Source: an uncultured delta proteobacterium
GTDB lineage: Bacteria; Desulfobacterota; RBG-13-43-22
DNA length: 64,000 nucleotides
Direction: 5' to 3'
NCBI GenBank assembly: GCA_963802945.1
Contig: CAWDKY010000015.1
Coordinates: forward strand, 160,001-224,000
The notes under the pieces are model-generated. The model was given only the letters and a program-made list of their open reading frames with translations, had not been told where the DNA came from and made no database searches. The position numbers and the translations under genes were made by a program. Positions 38,324-46,464 of this stretch are shown one piece after another (positions within the stretch are counted from its first letter, which is position 1; each line of letters begins with the position of its first letter).

Positions 38324-39891
38324 CAATTAAAAAGACTAAAATAGAATTCGGAGATTTTCAGACTCCCCCAGATTTAGCTGGCGCTGTTACATTATTCCTC
38401 CGCGATGCGGGTATCTCACCATCCGTTATCGTAGAACCGACATGTGGCCATGGTAGTTTTGCGCTTGCGGCAGGTGATGTTTTTTCAAAACCTTGTCAGA
38501 TATTTGCTTTCGACATTAATGATGCCTATATTTCAGCTTTTCGTAAAAAAATCCATGATGCAAGTGGTGTTTGTTGGCATGTGGCACGGCAGAATTTTTT
38601 CACTTACAATTGGAAGGAGTTCTTCGCTGAGTTTCACGATGAAATTCTTGTACTTGGAAATCCACCTTGGGTTACCAATGCCGCACTTGGGGCCTTAGGC
38701 AGCGGCAACCTTCCCGAGAAATCAAATTTCCAAAATCACATTGGTTTTGCCGCTAAAACAGGGAAGGCCAACTTCGATATTTCAGAATGGATGTTGATTA
38801 AATTACTTGAAGCCCTTAATGGCCGGAATGGCAGTCTAGCCATGCTCTGTAAGACTTCAACTGCAAGGAAAGTGCTCCGGCACAGTTGGCAAAATCGGTT
38901 TAATATCGGTAGGGCAAGCCTTCATTTGATAGATGCGGCGAAGTACTTTGGCGTTTCGGTTGATGCCTGTTTGCTTATTGTTCACACAGGAGTTCCAGAT
39001 CTGTTTTCTACAGCGGGGGTTTATTCGGACCTTTCTTTTGATCATAAAATGACGACATTTGGCCTCGTCGGTAGAGACCTAGTCGCGGATGTGGATGAAT
39101 ATCATCGGCTGCGTGGTCTTGACGGAGTATCCTATTATACTTGGCGTTCCGGTGTGAAACATGATGCGGCTGCCGTCATGGAATTTAATAAGTCCGGCGA
39201 TACGTTAGTCAACGGTTTTGATGAAGAGGTGAAACTTGAACCGACCTACCTCTATCCATTGTTAAAATCTTCCGATCTCGCTAATGACAGGCTAATACCT
39301 CAACGTTTTGTCCTTGTTACTCAACGCAAGCCTGGCGATGATACGAAGTCTATTGCGAGAGCCGCCCCAAAGACGTGGGCTTACCTGCTGCGTCATGCGG
39401 AGGTTCTGGATCGACGTCAGAGTATAATCTATCAGAAACGGCCAAGATTTTCGGTCTTCGGTGTCGGAGACTATACTTTTTCTCCATGGAAAATAGCAAT
39501 CTCTGGCCTCTACAAAAATTGCCGGTTTGTTGTTGTCGGAAAGCATAAGAACAAACCGGTTGTTTTAGACGATACCTGTTACTCCATCCCTTGCGGATCC
39601 GAGGAGGAAGCAAATTTCACTTGCCAACTGCTCAAATCCGATATCTCCAAGCGGTTCTTTCATTCTCTTATATTTTTTGATTCAAAAAGACCGGTTACCA
39701 TCGACGTGCTTAACCGAATTGATTTGAAACGAGTAGCAGAAAGGCTTGGTTTGGAAAGGGAAGCCCGCACATACTTCAGGGATGCTGCTATGTTTGAGAA
39801 CAAGCAAACCCTGCTCGTCTTTGAAAAACAAGCCCAGTATCTAAACAATCGCTCAAGAGGAAAGCGGTTAAAAAGCCGTCGCATCCCTTAG
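38320..39891 (+). CDS. N6-adenine DNA methyltransferase (gamma type)
   Basis: GDFQTP, motif I EPTCGHGSF, motif IV GNPPW. Confidence 0.9.
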   Translation: MTIKKTKIEFGDFQTPPDLAGAVTLFLRDAGISPSVIVEPTCGHGSFALAAGDVFSKPCQIFAFDINDAYISAFRKKIHDASGVCWHVARQNFFTYNWKEFFAEFHDEILVLGNPPWVTNAALGALGSGNLPEKSNFQNHIGFAAKTGKANFDISEWMLIKLLEALNGRNGSLAMLCKTSTARKVLRHSWQNRFNIGRASLHLIDAAKYFGVSVDACLLIVHTGVPDLFSTAGVYSDLSFDHKMTTFGLVGRDLVADVDEYHRLRGLDGVSYYTWRSGVKHDAAAVMEFNKSGDTLVNGFDEEVKLEPTYLYPLLKSSDLANDRLIPQRFVLVTQRKPGDDTKSIARAAPKTWAYLLRHAEVLDRRQSIIYQKRPRFSVFGVGDYTFSPWKIAISGLYKNCRFVVVGKHKNKPVVLDDTCYSIPCGSEEEANFTCQLLKSDISKRFFHSLIFFDSKRPVTIDVLNRIDLKRVAERLGLEREARTYFRDAAMFENKQTLLVFEKQAQYLNNRSRGKRLKSRRIP

Positions 39892-39898
39892 CTCATTG
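39840..39898 (+). mobile_element. Degenerate attC-like site
   Basis: tctaAAC aatc gctcaag...cttagctc attG hairpin; similarity ends at the G of the G/TT crossover point. Confidence 0.55.
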
Positions 39899-39908
39899 AG
39901 AGTGGTAT

Positions 39909-40015
39909 GGGTCAAATCTTTTTTCTTTACAATTCATGCCGTTTCTTTGAGAAAAAGAAAATTTTTCTATGAGGAGTGTGAGCCGGCCGAAAGGCAATGA
40001 TAAAGATCAGACTCT
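39909..40015 (+). repeat. 107-bp element, copy 1
   Basis: gggtcaaatc...tgccgtttctttgagaaaaagaa...ctatgaggagt...gccgaaagg...gatcagactc. Confidence 0.9.
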
Positions 40016-40038
40016 ATTTTTTGGGGGAGGATTTTCTT

Positions 40039-41820
40039 ATGCACAAAAATATTTTTCTTGGCATCTTGGTCATTCTGATTGTTGGACTGGCTGGGATATG
40101 GTTTTATTCCGAACGAGCCCTAAAAAAATCGTCTCCTCCCATAACGGTTGGAACCAACAAGGCCCTGGCCGAGCATAGCAAAATATTCAAAAAGGGTGTC
40201 GAAAAGGTCGGAGACAATATCTTCGCGGCCATCGGTTACGGTATCGCCAATTCCATCATGATCGAGGGTGATGAAGGCGTGATTATTGTGGACACCATGA
40301 CCAACATGGAAGAAGCCGCCGAGGTACTGGCTGAATTCCGGAAGATAACAGCCAAACCGATCAAGGCCATCATCTACACCCATTCCCACCCCGACCATGT
40401 CTTCGGCGCCCAGGTCTTCACAGCCGGCGGCCGGCCCGAGATCTACGCCCACCAAACCACCGAATATTATGTCAACCGGTTGTTCACCGAGATCGGGCCG
40501 ATCATCGGTTCCCGGTCCGCGCGGATGTACGGCAATTTTCTGGCGCCCGGACAGGTGCTCAATGTGGGCATCGGGCCCAAGATGGGGATGAAGCCGGACA
40601 GCAAACTTGGCTTTGTGCGTCCAACCAAAACCTTTTCCGAAACCCTGGAGGCGGAAGCAGCCGGTATTCCCTTCAAACTGATCTTCGCCCCTGGTGAGAC
40701 TGAAGATCAAATTGCGGTCTGGCTGCCCAAACAAAAGGCCTTGATTCCGGCTGATGACTTCTACTGGGCCTTTCCCAATCTCTACACCATTCGCGGGACC
40801 AGCTTCCGCGACTTGAAGCAGTGGTACCAAAGCCTGGATAAGATGCGGGGTTTGAAGCCGGAATACCTGGTGCCCTGTCATACCCGGCCCATCGTCGGCG
40901 CCGACAAGATACAAGAAATCCTAACCAATTACCGGGATGCCATCCAGTATGTCCACGACCAGTCCATCCGGGGCATCAACGCCGGATGGACGCCGGATGA
41001 ATTGGCCGAGCAGATTCAACTTCCTCCGCACCTGGCTGAAGCGCCCTATCTGCAGCCTTTTTACGGCAAAGTATCCTGGTCGGTACGATCCATGTTTGCG
41101 GGTAACCTTGGCTGGTTTGACGGTGATGCGGCAACCCTCCAGCCCCTGTCCCGCAAGGACCAGGCCCGCCTGATGGCCAGGGTGGCCGGAGGAGAGAAAA
41201 ATTTGGTCCGTCAGGCTAAGGAGCTTCTGGAAGAGAAGAACTTCCAGGCGGCCCTGGAGCTCACCAGGCACCTGATTCAATTGAATCCTGAAAATGCCGA
41301 GGTTAAAAACATCAGGATCAAGGCCCTTGTTGCCCTGGGGGAAAAAGAGCAGAATCCCAATGCCCGGCACTATTATCTTACCGAGGCCCTGGAAATCCGG
41401 GACGGTTTTGTCTCCTTATCCCAGGCCAAGCCTTCTCCAGAGGCCGTACATGAGATTCCCCTGCAGAGCTTTTTCGACTCGATGAAGGTGAACCTGGACC
41501 CCAAGGCCAGTGCTAAGGTGAACCAAGTGGTGGGGATGATCTTTCCCGACACCAAGGAAGCCTTCTCCATTCATGTACGTTATGGTGTGGCTGAAATCAG
41601 GCCGCGGTCTCTCCAAGAACTGGAGGGGCTGAACCTGGATCTCAAGATCAGGGCCGATTCCAAGGCCTGGAAGGAGATGCTGGCAAGAACTCGCAATTCG
41701 CTGCTGACCTTGGCCGGGTTTCAATACGAGAAAGGCAACGCCATAGCTTTTGGAAAATTTCTTAAACTATTTGAACAGCCCAAGATGAAACGGCCCTTTG
41801 AGCCGATACCGATTTCTTAA
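40039..41820 (+). CDS. Alkyl/aryl-sulfatase (BDS1/SdsA-like MBL fold with dimerisation and SCP2-like domains)
   Basis: HSHPDH, PGET, PNLYTIRG, YGKVSW and GWFDG motifs; N-terminal anchor; GGAGG RBS before ATG 40039. Confidence 0.9.
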   Translation: MHKNIFLGILVILIVGLAGIWFYSERALKKSSPPITVGTNKALAEHSKIFKKGVEKVGDNIFAAIGYGIANSIMIEGDEGVIIVDTMTNMEEAAEVLAEFRKITAKPIKAIIYTHSHPDHVFGAQVFTAGGRPEIYAHQTTEYYVNRLFTEIGPIIGSRSARMYGNFLAPGQVLNVGIGPKMGMKPDSKLGFVRPTKTFSETLEAEAAGIPFKLIFAPGETEDQIAVWLPKQKALIPADDFYWAFPNLYTIRGTSFRDLKQWYQSLDKMRGLKPEYLVPCHTRPIVGADKIQEILTNYRDAIQYVHDQSIRGINAGWTPDELAEQIQLPPHLAEAPYLQPFYGKVSWSVRSMFAGNLGWFDGDAATLQPLSRKDQARLMARVAGGEKNLVRQAKELLEEKNFQAALELTRHLIQLNPENAEVKNIRIKALVALGEKEQNPNARHYYLTEALEIRDGFVSLSQAKPSPEAVHEIPLQSFFDSMKVNLDPKASAKVNQVVGMIFPDTKEAFSIHVRYGVAEIRPRSLQELEGLNLDLKIRADSKAWKEMLARTRNSLLTLAGFQYEKGNAIAFGKFLKLFEQPKMKRPFEPIPIS

Positions 41821-41861
41821 GGCAAAATGCGAGCCGTCAGAAGACATAGGACGACTAAGGT

Positions 41862-41968
41862 GGGGCAAATCTTTTTTCTTTACAATTCATGCCGTTTCTT
41901 TGAGAAAAAGAAGATTCTTTTATGAGGAGTATACGCCAGCCGAAAGGCAAGGAGAACAATCTGATCTC
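41862..41968 (+). repeat. 107-bp element, copy 2
   Basis: Near-identical to copy 1 over the first ~70 bp. Confidence 0.9.
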
Positions 41969-42003
41969 GTTTTTTCCTGAAAATTCAAAGGAGGACTTAT
42001 TCT

Positions 42004-42387
42004 ATGGCATCGTGGTTGACTTTCGTAGTAATTGGGCTCGCAGGTGGAGTCACCGCTGGTTTCTTCGGAATCGGCGGCGGCATTGTCATCGTGCCCATGC
42101 TGATCTACTGGGCGGGCTTCTCCCAACATAAGGCAACGGGGACAAGTCTCGCAGTTCTACTTCCGCCGATCGGCTTGGCGGCTGCTTTCGAATACTACAG
42201 GCACGGCAACGTTGATCTTCGGGCTGCACTGATTGTGGCAAGTACGATGTTTGTTGGTTTATGGCTGGGCGCATATATCGCCAACAAGATAAAGGGGCCG
42301 TATCTGCGCCTAGCGTTCGGGGTGTTCGTGATCGGTCTGGGCATTTATCTGGTTCACGGGGCCTGCAAGCGTTTGGGTTGGATTTGA
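42004..42387 (+). CDS. TauE/SafE (TSUP) family transporter, half-size
   Basis: GFFGIGGGIVIVP and ATGTSLA motifs. Confidence 0.88.
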   Translation: MASWLTFVVIGLAGGVTAGFFGIGGGIVIVPMLIYWAGFSQHKATGTSLAVLLPPIGLAAAFEYYRHGNVDLRAALIVASTMFVGLWLGAYIANKIKGPYLRLAFGVFVIGLGIYLVHGACKRLGWI

Positions 42388-42497
42388 CCGGTGGGTGTAT
42401 AGTCATTGGGATCATTTCTTTTATATTGACAAAAATAATTTCAAGAACCTAGGAAAACAATAACATATTAATTCAGAAGAATTTATTAACAAGTGCA

Positions 42498-42605
42498 GGG
42501 GCCAAATTCGTATTCTTGATAATACCTGCCGTTTCTTTAAGAAAAAGAAGATATTTCTATGAGGAGTTTGCGCTAGCCGAAAGTTAAGAATAAATTTTTG
42601 TCCCC
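42498..42605 (+). repeat. 107-bp element, copy 3 (more diverged)
   Basis: ggggccaaattc...tgccgtttctttaagaaaaagaagatatttctatgaggagt...gccgaaag...tttttgtcccc. Confidence 0.85.
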
Positions 42606-42617
42606 TTTTTTTAACAA

Positions 42618-42691
42618 GATTTGAGATTATGAAAATCCCGGGCAGGGCAGATAACATGGGATTTTTTGTACAGACCCAAAGTAATCATTTG
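42618..42691 (+). repeat. ~75-bp direct repeat, left of the NUDIX gene
   Basis: gagattatgaaaatccc.ggca.ggcaga.aa.atg...tacagacc..aag.aa.catttg; second copy at 43181-43257. Confidence 0.85.
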
Positions 42692-42753
42692 TGTTGTGGA
42701 TTTGGCTGAAATTTTGGAACAAGTGGAAATCTGATCAAGATTTTGGAATGCTA

Positions 42754-43170
42754 ATGAAAAAAAAGGAAGGGGCCAGCATTATTTTCATAAATTCAAAAAG
42801 GGAAGTTCTGCTTTTATTGCGGGACAAGAAAAAGGATATTCCCTATCCAAACCACTGGGATGTATTGGGTGGCAATGTCGAAGAAGATGAAGCTCCAAAA
42901 GAATGCATTCTGCGGGAGATGAAAGAGGAAATCGAGTTAAACTTAAGGAACCCGGAGTTATTTAAGGTATATGATATGGAAGATCGAACCGAATATACAT
43001 TTTGGCAAAAAAAAGATCTTGATATCAGCCAAATCAGATTACATGAGGGGCAGAGACTTCAGTGGTTCTCTGAAAATGACGTCAAGAAAATGAAGAAAAA
43101 AGAAATAGCCTTTGGATTTAAAACCATCCTGTTGGATTTCTTTAAAGAAAAGTTGCCTGAATTGCCTTAG
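42754..43170 (+). CDS. NUDIX hydrolase
   Basis: Nudix box GGNVEEDEAPKECILREMKEEI; HEGQ motif. Confidence 0.9.
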   Translation: MKKKEGASIIFINSKREVLLLLRDKKKDIPYPNHWDVLGGNVEEDEAPKECILREMKEEIELNLRNPELFKVYDMEDRTEYTFWQKKDLDISQIRLHEGQRLQWFSENDVKKMKKKEIAFGFKTILLDFFKEKLPELP

Positions 43171-43180
43171 TCGGGTAATG

Positions 43181-43257
43181 GATATGAGATTATGAAAATC
43201 CCAGGCAAGGCAGACAATATGAAATTCCTTTTTATACAGACCTGAAGGAACCATTTG
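43181..43257 (+). repeat. ~75-bp direct repeat, right of the NUDIX gene
   Basis: Diverged copy of 42618-42691. Confidence 0.85.
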
Positions 43258-43307
43258 GGGAATAAGGTTAGGCAGAAACTTTAAAATAATTTGTTATAAG
43301 AAAAAAG

Positions 43308-44024
43308 ATGAAAAAAGCCATTGTGATTGGGGCCAGTTCCGGGATAGGGCGTGAGTTGAGTAAAATCTTATCCAGGAATCAGTACACTGTTGGTGTCATG
43401 GCCAGGCGAGTTCATCTGCTGAATGAACTTCGCAACGAACTGGGCAATGATGTGCTTGTTGAGCGGATAGATGTGTCGGACTCCGACTCGGCGAAGGAAG
43501 CGCTCACAAAGCTCATAGGCAGAATGGGTGGCGTGGAGCTTGTGGTAATCAGCGCCGGAACAGGACACTTAAACGATAAACTGGATTGGACGCTCGAAAA
43601 TGAAGCCATTAAGACCAACGTTACCGGCTTTGCCGCTATCGCCAATGTTGCCTTCAAGCACTTCATAGAAAAAGGCTCCGGGCACCTTGTGGGGATTTCG
43701 TCCATTGCAGCCTTACGTGGTGGCCGGGAGTCTCCAGCCTATAACGCATCAAAGGCTTTTGAGTCCAATTATCTGGAAGGGCTTAGGCAGAAGGTCAGGA
43801 GATTGAGGCTGCCGATAACAGTCACTGACATAAAACCGGGATTTGTCAAGACTGCCATGGCCAAAGGAGATGGCATCTTCTGGGCCGCCGATGCGGACAA
43901 AGCTGCCAGGCAGATATTCGAGACCATCAAACGGAAAAAGTCCAAGGCCTATATCACACGGCGTTGGAGACTAATGGCCTGGCTAATAAAGTTGATACCC
44001 GGATTCATCTATGAAAGATTATAA
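43308..44024 (+). CDS. SDR family oxidoreductase
   Basis: GASSGIG, YNASK and PGFVKT motifs. Confidence 0.92.
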   Translation: MKKAIVIGASSGIGRELSKILSRNQYTVGVMARRVHLLNELRNELGNDVLVERIDVSDSDSAKEALTKLIGRMGGVELVVISAGTGHLNDKLDWTLENEAIKTNVTGFAAIANVAFKHFIEKGSGHLVGISSIAALRGGRESPAYNASKAFESNYLEGLRQKVRRLRLPITVTDIKPGFVKTAMAKGDGIFWAADADKAARQIFETIKRKKSKAYITRRWRLMAWLIKLIPGFIYERL

Positions 44025-44166
44025 TATTTCAACCAGGCCAAGGCAGCCGCATTATAAACCAGAGAGCAAATTATTATTCTTGACTCGGCATTACATCCAA
44101 TGAGTACCGGCAAATCATTCGACCCAACCGGAATCGGATTTTGCATAAAGGTTGATGGAGGGAATC

Positions 44167-45138
44167 ATGGCTCTACCTATGGAAAAGGTTCTGTTTGTCA
44201 CCTCGTTTTTCCCTGTGGCCGCCTTTAAGATCATAGCCCGGGTGGGCCAGGCCACCTGGGGCCAGGCCAAGGCGGCTGTTTTGATCGGTTTAATACTGGC
44301 TCTGATTCAATACATGGCCGCCAGGAGAATCCTCAAAACCAACACCTATTTGGAAAAGGCCTTTTTGGGTTTCCTTTTGGTCGGGACGGTTTGGGTCTTT
44401 CTCCTTCCAGTCAAGCCGGCCCATCTTTTCGTGGATCATTCGGTATCCATTCTTTATTTCACCCTTTTTCTGATGACCCTCCTGCCCCAGCTTCTTGGAT
44501 ACGATCCTTTCACCTATGTCATGGCTAAACTATGGAACCCTCCATCGGTCTGGGGAACGGACGATTTTCGCCTAATTAATTTTCGCATCACTTATTTGTG
44601 GAGCGGGGTCTTTTTGGCCTGTTTCCTATCCAGCGCCTGGGGACAGGAGAAACCCTTTTATGCGATCATTATCCCTTTTGCCCTCTGTCTCGGGATTGGG
44701 TTGGTTTTTTCCAAGAAATATCCTGATTATTATCTGAAGAGGAAATATCGGATTGATCCAAAGAAGGCTGCCGCAGTTCCTGATTCCGCCGCGGAAATGA
44801 TTGAGGGAATGCCCGGCGCCTTCGATCCTGAGGCTGCCGGAGACTTGCAGGCTTCTATTCAATTTCTAATATCCGGTAACGATGAAGGGCAATGGACGCT
44901 TTCCATTTCTGGAGGGAAATGTGAAGTCAGGCAGGGACGGATTCCAAACCCCTCTTTGACCATTGAGTCTTCAGGAGAAGTCTGGGTCAAAATGGCCCGT
45001 GGGGAAATTGACCGGCCGAAAGCTTTGACGCAGGGTTTGTATAAAGCCCAGGGTGACTTTTCCTTGTTGTCACGGATGCCTCAGCTCTTCGGGGCAGGAA
45101 GGCAATCGGGAAAAAAGGACTGGATTTCTCTTGCCTAA
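44167..45138 (+). CDS. Membrane protein with C-terminal SCP2 sterol-binding domain
   Basis: About six hydrophobic segments, then an SCP2-like domain (FDPEAAGDLQASIQF...GLYKAQGD). Confidence 0.8.
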   Translation: MALPMEKVLFVTSFFPVAAFKIIARVGQATWGQAKAAVLIGLILALIQYMAARRILKTNTYLEKAFLGFLLVGTVWVFLLPVKPAHLFVDHSVSILYFTLFLMTLLPQLLGYDPFTYVMAKLWNPPSVWGTDDFRLINFRITYLWSGVFLACFLSSAWGQEKPFYAIIIPFALCLGIGLVFSKKYPDYYLKRKYRIDPKKAAAVPDSAAEMIEGMPGAFDPEAAGDLQASIQFLISGNDEGQWTLSISGGKCEVRQGRIPNPSLTIESSGEVWVKMARGEIDRPKALTQGLYKAQGDFSLLSRMPQLFGAGRQSGKKDWISLA

Positions 45139-45277
45139 CAGGGCATTGTCGGCATTGGGTCAGTCCAAGTGAACCATTCTATATGGCAAGAGCCAGACGA
45201 CATTTCATTTCAGGGTTTAGATGGGGACAGCTGTCCTTAATACGCTGTAATGGTATAAGAATGCAAAAGGAGGGGTT

Positions 45278-45748
45278 ATGAGAAAATTAATTCAGCCAGG
45301 TGAAAAAGCAAAACCGTTTTTACTTAAGGATAACCGGGATAACGAAGTTCGCTTGTCGGACTTTAAAGGGAAGAAGGTGCTCCTTTCTTTTCACCCCCTG
45401 GCCTGGACCAGTGTCTGCGCCCAGCAGATGAAGGCTCTTGAAGAAAATAAGGAGAAATTTGATCTTCTCAATACCGTTGCCCTGGGTTTCAGTATAGACT
45501 CTGTGCCGTCTAAGAATGCCTGGGCAAAAACACTTGGTATTCAAAATACCCGGCTTTTGTGCGACTTCTGGCCCCACGGCCAGATCGCCAAGTCCTATGG
45601 CCTTTTCAGGCCAGCCAATGGCTTCTCGGAGCGGGCCAATATCATCCTTGACGAAAAACATCGGGCTGTACTCATTAAGGTGTATCCTATTGCTCAGTTA
45701 CCTGACTTAGAGGAAATATTTAAGGTCCTTTCGTCAAGCAAGGGATAA
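45278..45748 (+). CDS. Peroxiredoxin (AhpE-like, AhpC/TSA family)
   Basis: FHPLAWTSVC, DFWPHG and ERA motifs. Confidence 0.9.
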   Translation: MRKLIQPGEKAKPFLLKDNRDNEVRLSDFKGKKVLLSFHPLAWTSVCAQQMKALEENKEKFDLLNTVALGFSIDSVPSKNAWAKTLGIQNTRLLCDFWPHGQIAKSYGLFRPANGFSERANIILDEKHRAVLIKVYPIAQLPDLEEIFKVLSSSKG

Positions 45749-45816
45749 TTTTCCCTTAACGATCGTCGACTAAATACCAAATAATAAAATACTTCCTCAA
45801 GCCTTTGTCATTTGGA

Positions 45817-46464
45817 TTATTTTTTATTGACCATCCTCATGAGCGAATAGACGACCAGGCCGGAAAGGACGGCGATATCCTCGGCCGACAGATACTTTGA
45901 GATGCTGGCATCAAAAAGGAGGTTGCCGTCGGGCGGGAATTCATCGTCTCCGGCCCAGAGGATCAGACAGACCGGGACATGGGGGAAGGTCTGAAAGCAT
46001 AAGGCAACATCCCCTTCAACACCTTTGGTCCCGCCCATTTTCGTCCCCAGCTCAATCAGAAGCCCCGGCTGTGCGCCAAAGGTCCGGACCAGGGGTTCCT
46101 TGGCCCTTTTGGTAAAGGCGGGATAATAAAATTCACCGGAAGGGATTTCACGAAAGGTGATCCAGGAATTGGTCAGAGGAGTCCCTGTGGCCTGAATCAG
46201 ATAATGCATGATCAGCCCCTGTTCCTGGGGAGAGAGATCCTTGGTACCTTCAAGAGAAATCACCTCACCTTCCGGCCAGGTGATCTTGATCTTCCGGTAG
46301 AAAAACGGCAAGTGAAGGACGGCACCTTTTGATTCGGCCTGATAAACAGCCCCGCTGTTTCGGGCCACGATTTGCGGGTCTTTTTTTCTGAATTCACCCC
46401 TGGCGATATCCAGGGCGTTTATATAACCGTCTATTCTGGGCACTGAGGTTCTTTTTGGCTGCAC
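45817..46464 (-). CDS. DUF3786 domain protein
   Basis: WITFREIPSG..Y and LWAGDDEFPP...LLFD motifs. Confidence 0.85.
   Translation of the reverse strand: MQPKRTSVPRIDGYINALDIARGEFRKKDPQIVARNSGAVYQAESKGAVLHLPFFYRKIKITWPEGEVISLEGTKDLSPQEQGLIMHYLIQATGTPLTNSWITFREIPSGEFYYPAFTKRAKEPLVRTFGAQPGLLIELGTKMGGTKGVEGDVALCFQTFPHVPVCLILWAGDDEFPPDGNLLFDASISKYLSAEDIAVLSGLVVYSLMRMVNKK

Noticed and set aside
39909-42605. 107-bp repeats as a CRISPR array
   Set aside because: Repeats are too long, spacing is 0.5-1.9 kb and contains genes, and there are no cas genes.
44130-44145. Sigma54 promoter before the SCP2 gene
   Set aside because: GG-to-GC spacing is 11 nt instead of 10.
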